The notes beneath the pieces were generated by a model. The model was given only the letters and a program-made list of their open reading frames with translations, did no database searches and was not told where the DNA came from. 64,000 bases of DNA from Cetorhinus maximus. Lineage: Eukaryota. Shown here piece by piece: positions 1 to 11,000 of the stretch. Each line of letters starts with the position of its first letter. The stretch's first letter is position 1. A program made the position numbers and the translations under genes. Location: NCBI RefSeq assembly GCF_964194155.1, contig NC_135893.1, forward strand, positions 20,088,001-20,152,000, given 5' to 3'.

Positions 1-544
1 GTGGTCTCTGGCTGAAAGAAAATTAGTGAACTGAGAGAAAAATAATAAAGGAAGAAGCACCAATACAAGTAAACTTTCTCAAACATTTCCCCATCCACAC
101 TGCCTTTGACATACAAGAAGCCTGCTTGCAAGGTTTAGCACTCTACAATTAGTCTCAGAGCAGTACTGCTGCACACACTTGGGATCCCTCTGCCCTGGCT
201 TTGCCAGCCTGCAGTAGGTTCTCTGCATCTATGTAAGTTGGATGTGCCCTGTGGGGAGACAGCATTCACTCCATATTGGGTAAACAGAGCACTAAGATAG
301 GTGTAAATATTTCATTATCTTGGTGTTGAGTTTCACATGAGTGAGACATCTGGCTCACTAGAAAAAAATCTTAAGCAAAACTGTAGAGCAGCCACACCTC
401 GAGTTTCCACTTAACAGATGATTGTGGCATCTCCCTCTATATCATTCCACTCCTCACTCAGTACAGGCTTGAACCCATTGCTGCACAACCAAACTGACAC
501 CACTGGACCCATATGATGTCCCGTTGTTGTCCCAAACTCTACCC

Positions 545-1045
545 CTATTTCCATCCACCACCCCAGCTGTTTGTACACACCCTAAAATTAACTGTTACGT
601 GTTGTCTGCTTCCACCACACGTCCTAAAATTAACGGTTACATGCTGTCTGCTTCCAGCACCCTTTCAGGCACTGCATTCCAGATCATAACAACTCGATGC
701 ATAAATTTTGTTTCCTCATGTCACCTCTGGTTCTTTTGTCACTCACCTTAAATCTGTGTTCTCTGTTTACTGACCCTTTCACCACTGGAAACAGTTTCTT
801 CTTATTAACTCTTTAAAAACCCTTCAAGATTTTGAATACCTCTATAAAATCTCCTCTTAACCTTCTCTGAGATAAGGAAAACAACCCCAGTTCCTCTAGC
901 CTCTCCAAATAACTGAAATATTTCATCCCTAGTAAATCTCATCTGCATCCTCTCTAAGGCTTTGATGTTCTTCCTGAAGTATGGTGCCCAGAATCAGACA
1001 CAATGCTCCAGCTGGGGCCTGATCAGTGCTTTATAAAGATATCAT
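545..1045 (-). mobile_element. Degenerate CR1 LINE 3' fragment
   Basis: Similar to other CR1 3' copies in the window (ccagtttct...ttcaagattttgaatacctctataaaatctcctcttaaccttctc; gtgcccagaa...ctccag). Confidence 0.7.
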
Positions 1046-2004
1046 AACATGAGAGTTAGAAGATAATAAGCGAAACAAATCGGGTTTGAAAGAAAATTGT
1101 GTTACATTACACCCTTGTAACTACTTTACTGGAGCCAAGGCTGAGATTAATTAGAAAAACTTCTCGTCAAAAGCAAGTGCCATTTCAATCCCTCATGCAC
1201 TGACAGAAATTAACACTTGATAATTAAACTTAAGAAATTGGTCATTATCTTTAAAGCACAAACTCCAATTTGCCATCTGTGACTCACCCTGAAACTCACA
1301 AGTGTAGCAACTGGAACTTACATTAATTAGGCCTTTGTGAAGTCTGTTTTGACAGCCCAAAATTAAATCTTACAAAATCACAAAGGAACTACTAAGACTA
1401 TGTAGACTGTAGATAAGTTAATTAATTTATAATGAAATTTGCAAATGCACTTGGGTTTCTAATCTGCTGAATAAACAGGACAGAATTGTATAGATTCTTC
1501 CCCTAGTGATGTGTGAAGTTGGCGCTGTTTGGGTTGATTGTTTGCAGCATTATTTATCACACAGGGTCTGTGGTGTACAAATAGAGCAATAAATCACAAC
1601 ACATGCAGGCATTGAGGCAGTTCCCCACAAAAAGCCACATTCTCACTGAGGAACTGGCAAATCACAGCTTCATCTGGATAGGTTCCTATACTTTTGACAG
1701 TGACTAACCTAAAATTCTAATCACTGGCATCAACTTGGGTTTGTAGTTGGGTCACTAACACTGACATCTAAAACAGGGGCTTTCTCACTAAGAAGGTAGA
1801 AGTCGTGCATCGTGCATCTGATTTAATGAAGGAAACCGCTGGCAATAGTTACTGAGCCTCACAGTATGATGCAACTGGATTAACATCAGTGCAGATACAA
1901 TCAGTAAAACAGGCCACTGGGGGAAGAATTATTAAACTGGACAGTGCAAGGGAATTGGTTTAACCTCAGTATAGTTACAGTCATGAACGCAGAAGCTCTC
2001 TGTT

Positions 2005-2159
2005 AAAGGCAAAATACTGCGGATGCTGGAAATCTGAAACAAAAACAAGAATTGCTGGAAAAACTCAGCAGGTCTGACAGCATCAGTGGAGAGAAAGACA
2101 AAGTTAACGTTTCGAGTCCATATGACTCTTCCTCAACTCGGAAAACTCGAAACGTTAAC
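2005..2159 (-). mobile_element. Penelope-like element remnant with terminal inversion, target-site duplication and degenerate hammerhead core
   Basis: Flanks cagaagctctctgtt (1990-2004) and cagaagctctgtgtt (2159-2173); 15-bp inverted repeat 2103-2117/2145-2159; minus strand TTGAGGAA-GAGTC-atatg-GACTC-GAAAC-GTTAAC. Confidence 0.65.
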
Positions 2160-2479
2160 AGAAGCTCTGTGTTCCTGTTATTACAATTGGGTGTTGTGAA
2201 CTCAGCTCCTTATTAAATTGCAGTCAGTGACTTCCCTCAGCCACCTCCACTGAGGATGTACTAATCAGCATCTGCTGTTTAAACAAAAATATTTACAAAC
2301 CAAAAAAAAATTAAATATTTTTTCATCAAATTTGTAGATTTTTTCCCAGAAATAGTTCCTAAAAAGCCCATGGATAGAGTTCAATATTTGGTTCTCTGAT
2401 CAGTTCTGTTGATAATTTATTGGTAGATAATACCAGCTGCTGAATAAAGGCTCCAACTTCAGAGCCACTGCAAAATATT

Positions 2480-2780
2480 ACTCTCCACATAATCTGAGTT
2501 GATAATTCAGTGCAGTATCAAGGGAGTCCTGCACTGTCAGAGATGCTTTTTTTTTGATGAGACATTAATCCATGGTACAATTCAAAAGAAGAGCATTACC
2601 TTGGCCAAACTCAGATTATCAAGTTATTTACTGCATTGCTGTTTATGGAACCTTTCTGTGTACAAATTGGCTGTCACTGCATTATCACAGTGTTGCACTT
2701 CAATAAAATACTGCATTGACTCTGAAGCACTTGGGAACATCCTATGGTTGTGAAAAGCACTATGTAAATGCAGGTTCTTC
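2480..2780 (+). mobile_element. Deu-domain SINE (SacSINE1/AmnSINE1-like)
   Basis: cagtgcagta..agggagt..tgcactgtcagag head and cattgctgttt..tgtgtacaaattggctg...tgaagcacttggga..tataaatgca tail, shared with other copies. Confidence 0.7.
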
Positions 2781-2799
2781 CCTTCTCCTATATTAGGGG

Positions 2800-3950
2800 A
2801 AAAGGAAAGGGAGTAGGCTATTCAGTCCCTTGAGCCTTTTACACCATTCAGTGATATCATAGCTGATCTGTATTTTAACTTCTCCACTTTTTTAATACCT
2901 TTATCTAGTAAAAAAAGATCCATTGACCTCAGATTTAAAATTATTAATCGAGCTAGTATCTACTGTTTTTTTGTGGGACAGTGTTCCACATTTCTACTAC
3001 CCTTTTTTGTGTAGTTTCTTAACTTCTCTCCTGAATGGCCTGGCTCTGATTTTAAGGTTTTGACCCCTTGTCCTAGACTCCCCACCAGCAGAAAATGCTT
3101 CTCTCCATCTACCCTATAAACTTCTTTCAAAATCCTAAATGCCTTCATCAAATCACCTTTCAATCTATATTCCAGGGATTACACACCTATTTATGTAATC
3201 TCTCCTCATAATCTAACCCTTGGAACCTTGGTAACATTCTGGCCAATCTGCACTGCACTCATTCTAAGCCGTTATATCTTTTCTAAGGTGCAGAGCCCAG
3301 AGCAGTACACAGTACTCCAGATGACTAACCAGGGCTTTGTATAGCCAAAGCAAAACGTCCTCCCCTCCCTTTATATTCTTGCCCTATAGTTATAAAGGCT
3401 AACATTCCATTAACATTTTTGATTATTTGTTTTTGTATCTGACTGCTACATTTTAGTGATTTGTGAACATGGACCCTTAAATCTCTTTGGACTTCCACTG
3501 TTCCTAGTTTTGCATAATTTAAATAATACTCAAATCTATCCTTACTTTTGGTCCAAGATAGATGATTTCACAACTACCTGCATTGAAATCAACTTGCTAC
3601 AGTTCTGTCAACTCACTTAATCTACCAGTATCCCCAGTAATTTTTATGCTCCCATTTATACTGCATACTATACCACCAATTATTTTGTCATTGGCAAGCC
3701 TGGATATATGGCTTTCTATTGTGTTATCTAAGTCATAATAAACAGTGAACAGTTGAGGCCCCAGCATAGATCCTTGCGGGACACCACTAGTCATTTCTTT
3801 CTAATTTGAGTACATAATCATTAACCATTACTACCTGTTTCTAACTTTTGATCAGTCACCTGACCAGGTCAATAAGTTGCCTTCAATTCCATGAGCTTTA
3901 ATTTTAGCTAACTTCTTTAGAACCTTATTGAATATCTTTTAAAAAGCAGT
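2800..3950 (-). mobile_element. CR1 LINE fragment (RT C-terminal part and 3' UTR)
   Basis: GVPQGSMLGPQLF (3597-3794) and MKGDLMKAFRILK (2960-3163) RT-region peptides. Confidence 0.88.
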
Positions 3951-4137
3951 GGCACTACATCCAAGATCTTTCTAAATAGTTCTTTTGAAGCACCATTTCA
4001 GGTGTACAGGCGATGCTGCAGTACTCCTTCCAGACTCCAGTTCATTATGTTTTGACAGTTGTAATGGTGACTGAAAATGTGAAATCCTGTCAAACAGCTT
4101 CAAATATCTTTAACCCACTCCCCACAAACTACTGTAC

Positions 4138-4196
4138 CTTTTCACTGGTCGCTCTGTCCAGCTACCATCCAAAGGAAATCCTCGAGGCTCTGTACC
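4138..4196 (-). CDS. Possible downstream small exon of the C1orf167-like gene (GTEPRGFPLDGSWTERPVK)
   Basis: ttcttttgtttgatag| acceptor, phase 0 matching the upstream donor, AG|gtacag donor; no homology evidence. Confidence 0.25.
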
Positions 4197-4984
4197 CTAT
4201 CAAACAAAAGAAACCAAATCAAGCTGTTCAAAGTCACATTTACACATTACATCAAGATCACAAATATTTGCAGATAATGTAGCACACATTTCATGTGCTT
4301 CAACACATCAGATGGACAGCCACTTTCCTTTCCCCTTTTTTCTGTCAGTTGTCTTCCCACGAACCTGAAAATGTTTCTTTTTAAATTAAGAGAATGCTTT
4401 TGTACAGAGCCATTGTATCCTCAGCTAAATTAGAACACTCTGTACTGATTATTAATTTTCTGCTAGATGTGTACTTAAGAGCCAAAGACTAGAAATGATT
4501 GCATTTTCCATGTTGTTTTTATGTTTAACAGTATTAAGTACACCATCAAAGCTCAGGGTGCTTTTCCAAGTGTATTACTAATAATAACACTGACTCTTTA
4601 AAGGCACTGCATCCATCTACCAGCCAGGCTGTCTTGCTTCCACTCACCCACAATATAACCTAAATTTGATATGGTGACTCAGATAAACCATGCAGTCTGC
4701 AATTCAGCTTATAAATCCTTGTTAGCTCTAAATTTCAAGATCTTGAACCCAATTAAAATGTTTGGGCATCAACTAGGGGCCTGGAACATTCACTTGATCT
4801 GTAATCTGACACCTACATTGCTCCATTTAGTAAGAAGTGTACAGATCTATTTTGGTTTAGTTAACTGTTCCCGTGTTTCTTGAGTCTAAACTTAAAAAAA
4901 AGTTATTTTGTTCGAAGACCAAATTGTCCAATTCATATCTCTACTTCATCGGCTCTGTCATTCTATTTCCTCCATCAATCAAAG

Positions 4985-5630
4985 TAGAGAATTGTATTCA
5001 ATTCTGGGCAGCAACCTTTAGGGAGAATGTCAAGGCCTAAAGGGGATGCAGTGGACTCGAATGATACCAGGGGTGCGGTACTTCAGTTATGTGGAGAGAG
5101 ACTAGAGATGGCATTGCTCAGAGCAGAGAAGACTAAAGGGACATTTAATAAATCATGAAAGGTTTTGATCAAGGAAAAACCTTTTTTCCAGTTGCAGAAG
5201 GGTTGATAGCCAGAGGGCACAGACTTAAAGGTAACTGGTAAAAGAATCAGAGGCAACATAGGAACATGGGAGCAGGAGTAGGCCATTCAGCCCATCAAAC
5301 TGCCATTCAAACGGATCATGGTTGATTATCGACCTCTACACCATTTTCCCCCACTATTCCCATATCCCTTGATGTCATTCCAGAAATCTATCAATTTCTA
5401 TTTTGAACATGCTCAACGATTGAATCTCCACTGCCCTCTGGGGAAGAGAATTCCAAAGATTCACCACCCTCCTCCTCATCTCAGTCTTAAATGGCCTGCC
5501 CCTTAATCTGAGACTGTGGATCCAGCTTCTAGACTCACCAGCCAGGGGGAACATCCTATCCACATCTACCCTGTCAAATGAAATTATTTTTACACAGTGA
5601 GTTGTTATGATCTTCAATGCACTGCCTTAA
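4985..5630. mobile_element. Old plus-strand CR1 interrupted by a younger minus-strand CR1 3' end (about 5256-5578)
   Basis: RMFPLAGESR...RVVNLWNSLPQRAVE on minus; the plus copy resumes at gaaattatttttacacagtgagttgtt. Confidence 0.8.
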
Positions 5631-5840
5631 AGAGTGCTCTATCATTAAACCTTATCACCTGATGCTTCCAGCGGATTCAGCAATAACACAGCCTAGTACA
5701 TAATTTAAATTTGTTTAATTTGGTAGTGAAGGATTCAATGTTTGAAGGGGTAGTGAATTCTTCCAGCACATGGTCAGCAATGAAGCAGCTATTTAGGACA
5801 GCTTCATGGCTCTACTATATATTCATTGCAAACTTCTTAC

Positions 5841-7678
5841 CTGCAGCTGCTGGCTGTCTCTCAGTGAAGAGATTTTCAGGAACTGGTCTGTAGGAACATT
5901 GCTCACTAAAGCTTCCATTAGCTTCGGCCCATGCTCCCAGGTGCAAGAATGGCTGCGGCTTTCAGATTTCAAATTGAAGATCTCTCCCTTCGGGGAGGTG
6001 TATTTTTTAGAATAACCCGTGGCTGGTCTAATTCTCTGTGTCCTGCTTCCAATCCCTTTAGACCTCAGATCAGACTTATCCTCTTCCTGTGCCTTGCTGT
6101 AGTGATTTTCTGGAGAAGAATTGTTCTCACGTGTCTGAGGGAAACCTGGAAAAGCTAGGCACTCAGCAGCATCTTGTATCCACAAATCATTTGGAGCTCT
6201 GTGCTGTTTGGTGTAAGTGTTAACAATGCTGACACAGTAACTGGACTTTGCCTGAAATTTCATGCTGGAGTGCAGATGACGATCTGAGTACTTATCTGAT
6301 AAATCGTTCCTATTTTCCACAGTGTTCAAGAAAGGATCTTCGATACCTGGCTGTTTTCCATCTACTGGTACTTTCTGATTAGCCTGTATTTCAGACACAT
6401 GGTCTGTTAAGTTTATTGACTTTATGGGAAAGTTATACAGAAGGTCTGCACTTCTTTGACACACAGCACTGTGAGAGTGACGTAAATCCTTTGTATCCTT
6501 GTCAGGTAAGGTTAGCGAGCCTGTCAACGACATTGCCCTTCCATTAGTGGTGGTAAACTGAGAGGGACTGTGATAGTCATCTATCGAAGCCTCTGTTTCT
6601 ATACAGGTCATGCAACTGTCAGCCTTCTCACATCTGCTGCAAACACAAGTTGACCCAGACAGACACACCTGATGCTTGGTGCTTGAACACTCTAGACATG
6701 CATCCCACACAGGATATGAGCATTTACAGTTATTATTTACAAGAGAGGGGTCACAGTTCGGTATTGTTGGAACATTTTGCTGTTTCCAAACATCTGAATA
6801 TGCTTTTCCTGACCATTCACCTCTTTCATCTCCATAAGGCAAATTTACATAGTTACAAGGACAATGAGTCAAAAACCTTAATGGACTGATACTTGCAGTT
6901 TCGCTCGAACCATGCTTTGCCTTGTAGTTGCTATCACCCAAGCTGAGCATCGAGCGATGTAGGCTTGCAGATGTTTGGGATGATTTCAGAATGGAGCGCA
7001 AGGTGTTGGACCGTCCATCCAAGGATGGTCCGTAGACATTCACAAGACCTTCCAGAGTAACTGGACAATTGGGAGAACCAAGAGTCAACGAATCATAGTG
7101 ACTCTCAGAGACCTTTAAGTGACTGTCACCAGTCTCCTGACCACTTAACTGCATTGGAGACAAATTTTCTTCCTCATGGAAAAGGTATTTTTTCTTCTTC
7201 TTGCTTGCTCCAGTCTTAACCTCATCAAAGCTCTTATTGGAATCGATGCTAACAAGTGTACCTGAATCCCATAAATAACGTTTCTGTTCTCTCACTAAAT
7301 GTTTGGATTCCACAAGAGAAATAGAGTTAGATCTGTCTCTATCATCGAATGAATCACTGGAGCTATGCTTCTGTCGGTGGTGCTCTACATTGGACTGCTG
7401 TTTGTGCCTTGAAACTGCTGCCAGCATTAAAGGCTTCATTGGCTGCCTGAGGCTTTGAGAGGTGTAGGCCAAGTTGGTTTGTACCAGTCGCTGGCTGTGT
7501 ATCTCCTTCCTGAAGCCCACATGTTTTGTACTGTGTCTAGCACTGTTCTCTAAACAGGGTCTCTCCACACTTTGTCTGCATGTTGTGATCACGGGTGTTC
7601 TATGATAAAGTTCAGCTGTTAACCCATGACTCTCTGCACAGTCTCTCATCGTCAGATTCTCCTGGACCTTTTTGTAAT
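5841..7678 (-). CDS. C1orf167: Large internal exon (1838 bp) of a C1orf167-like uncharacterized protein; gene continues toward and beyond the window start
   Basis: Open frame over 600 codons between acceptor atgttttctag| (7679) and donor CAG|gtaag (5840). RLVQTNLA and PVTLEGL resemble recalled human C1orf167 RVQTNLA and PLTLEDL. Position downstream of AGTRAP on the same strand matches human synteny. Confidence 0.72.
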
Positions 7679-8159
7679 CTAGAAAACATAAATAGGTTTG
7701 AAAACACTAAACTGAAACATACCCAGAGAAAGAACAAGTTTCAAACTGAAGAATATCAGCATACACATTATAGTCTTTTAAATTAAATCACTTGTTGAGA
7801 GCCTAGCATAATCATCAAGTTCAGAGCACTTTCAGATAAAGGAAATCTGGAATATGCTTAATATGCATTTTTCCATACTTCTCTCTCAAATGGATTAGAA
7901 ACAGGCCCAAACAAATCAGAGCCATAGCGAAGTCCTGAGTTAGCCAATAACACAGCAAGCCATCAGAGAACACTATTTGCACAGATTACTGGTGAATCTC
8001 AGGAAATAAAACCTTCAACACCATCACTGTGATAATTCAACAATGCCCTTAAATTTAATCAAAAGCTGTACTTCACAGATAATTTGTTCTATTGAAATAG
8101 AGAGAAGCTCTGCCTGAAGCTCAGCAATTAATTCCAGGGAACTGAAATGGGAGAGAAAT

Positions 8160-8570
8160 TGGGGAAAATGATATTGAATCAGAACATGGCCTTCCACTCT
8201 GAAGCCTCAAGGTGCTGAATCTTGCTGGACCATGAGTTTCATTGGCCAGTCGACAGTACCTGTCCCATTGCCTTTACTTCATGGCTGAAGCTGGAGAGTA
8301 AATGTCAGTGTGATAGTTAACCATAAAAAGAATCACAACTGAGCATAGTTTTGTCCTCACCCGATGTCCTAACAATAATCTAAATAAGGACCATGGGCTA
8401 AACAGGAGCAGGATCCTTGTCTGGTTTTTCTCTCAGTCCAGGGTGCTTCAGCCAACTGTACCATGAGATTACCTACTGCAGCACAAACCAGGGGTTGAAG
8501 CTCAGATCATTTGATCTGTGTGACTCAGTACCTACCAGGTGGTGTATTTAACCACACTGTCATTGAAGGG
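8160..8570 (-). mobile_element. Ancient tRNA-derived SINE (related copies near 33975-34200 +, 37590-37800 -, 51465-51670 +)
   Basis: Minus-strand head gtggttaaatacaccacctggtaggtactgagtcacacagatc...ttcaacccctgg and shared cctgctcctg..tatccagtgac core between copies. Confidence 0.5.
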
Positions 8571-9994
8571 ACAACTTTGTCTAAAATCATCAAGACCAAC
8601 TCCATTCCATATAAACAATTTATCCATTCCCTAATCTGCCCAAACTGAATCCTTGTCTCCTGCTGTCGTTACCAAAATAGCCAATGGCCCAGAATTTGTT
8701 GAAACTTTTTGGCTTAACAACAGCACGGTACAGAATTTTTCATGAGAATGTAACTTGCACATTACCTTATGCATGGTTTTATCAGTACGTGCAAATTTCA
8801 ATCACTTGCTCCATCTCCACAGTATGTTTGGCGAAACTTCGCTCTCCTCACCCTCTCTCTCCCTACCCTCTTATCACACCTCCTTCCTCCTCACATTCCT
8901 CTCCTTTCTCACATTTCTCACCAACAGTGGTTTCATTCAGTTAAATTCTCAGAGTCTGCAAAAAAGGGGGAGTTTGAAGGTAAAGGATAATAAAGAAAAC
9001 AATGAAGAGGCTGCTAGCCCAAGTGTTGAGCACCTGATATCCATGTCCGGGATTTCAAGCTCCGGGCTGCCCGGCTTTCTACAGTTTCAACCTTGCTGTA
9101 AGACAAAGCACATGTTGAACAACAGTGCTTTGTCTGCAGGACTGATAAATTGGCATTGTCTGGTTGCAGTAGCTCAAAGCATGCATTATGTTTCAAGTGT
9201 GCAGGACACTCTGTGCCACAAGCACTATGGAACCGGTCTTTCTCCCTGCTGTGAAAAGCTATGGGTGACCAATGAGCAAGTGAACGATGAAAAAAAAAAT
9301 CATTTGAATCACTTTTTAACAAATCAAACAAACTCAGAGAACTGAAAATCCATACTGAATGACAATATGCACACACAACACAGAGCATCACAAGACCTAT
9401 AACTGCACTTTATAGCTTCTAATTCAGGCTGCAGACATTACACATGTATTTAACAGTTACATACGGTACATTGTCGTTCAGCTGCTTCTTCCCTTCTGTT
9501 GGCTGGTGGCCCTAATAGAAACGTTTGAAAGAAACATTATCAATTTTTGTGACAGAACAAAACTGGAAATAAAATGCCTTGCTGCTTATGATCACTGCAC
9601 AGCACAGCTCCTCTCCCTGTAATTCAAACTCTTTGCCTGAATCTTAAGGATTCTTAAGGCCTGTGAATTGCAACAAGGGTCAGTCCTGGGCATTGTGTTT
9701 CTTTACATGCCAAGCCTTCGACTGTAATGTGCTTAGCCCAATTATAGCACAAGTAGCTCATAGACCAGTTTGTCTGCTAATCCAACCTGACATCTGTCGC
9801 ACATGACACAATAAATTTGCTACACAGGCATAAAGTACACAGTGTGCCTCAAATCTTTTCTTCGCCACCACTCCTCCTCATAACACTTTTTCCTTCATTT
9901 TCCTTGCATACATGATGGACCCCACCCAGCATAAGGAGTTACTGGATTACAGTGCCGCTGATACCTCATTATGCAGCTCAGTTGTACAGCTAAG

Positions 9995-11000
9995 TTGGGA
10001 GGAAGATAAAGGGAGGAGTTGGCGGATTGGGGAGGAGATGGGTGTTGGGCAGGAGGTGAGAGGGAGGAGATGGAAGGGATTTGGGAGTAGGTGAGGAGTA
10101 AGAAATGGGAAGGGATTTGGGTGATGGTGAGAGGGAGCAGATGGGGTATTTGGGATGTGGTTTGAGGGAGGAGATGGACGGATTGGGGTGGAGGTGAGAG
10201 GAAGGAGATCGGGGAGAAGGGGGAGGGGTAGGGAAAAGGAGTTTGATGAGGAGTTTGATGTTTCCCTCTTCCTGTCACAAACCTGCCAGTCCTCCCATCC
10301 TAATCCTCCCTCCATCTCACCCCCTCCTCATGTACCCCCTTCATTCCTTCATTCCCACTGTACCCATCATTCCAACCACTCCCCATTCTCTCCCTCATTT
10401 GTTTCCCTCTTCTCATCATCACCCTCCCATTCCCTTCCAATTCATTTCCCCATCCTCTCCCTTTCATCCCCTATCCCCTCCTCCTTCATCCCCAATCCCC
10501 TCCTCCTTCATCCCCATCCCATCCCTTCATCCCCTATCCCCGCCCCTTCATCCACTATCCCCGCCCCTTCATCCACTATCCCCGCCCCTTCATCCACTAT
10601 CCCTGCCCCTTCATCACTATCCCCTCCCCCTTCATCCCCTAGCATCCCTTTCATCCCCATTCCGCTCTGCCATCACCCAGCCTCATCTTAATCCACTTTC
10701 CCTCATCCGAATCCACATTCCCTCATCCTCCCTCAATTCCCTCCCAAGCCCCTCATCAAACTCCTTTTCCCTACCCTTCTCCCCGATCTCTTTCCTCTCA
10801 CCTCCACCCCAATCTGTCCATCTCCTCCCTCAAACTACATCCCAAATCCCCCATCTGCTCCCTCTCACCATCACCCAAATCCCTTCCCATTTCTTACTCC
10901 TCACCTCCTCCCAAATCCCTTCCATCTCCTCTCTCTCACCTCCTGCCCAACACCCATCTCCTCCCTAATCCGCCAACTCCTCCCTTTATCTTCCTCCCAA
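9995..11000. repeat. Inverted repeat: arm 9995-10251 is the reverse complement of 10751-11000
   Basis: Direct base comparison shows near identity with a few substitutions and one short indel; the ORF track shows the same peptide (SPISFLSPPPQSVHLLPQTTSQIPHLLPLTITQIPSHF) on both strands. Confidence 0.95.

Noticed and set aside
8755-9391. 196-aa plus ORF and overlapping 125-aa minus ORF
   Set aside because: Non-ATG starts, no recognisable domain, and no convincing in-phase splice chain
9465-9511. Possible small C1orf167-like exon (tttctattag|...|gtatgt)
   Set aside because: The frame needed to join exon 1 to the large exon contains a TGA; it could be a UTR exon but cannot be supported
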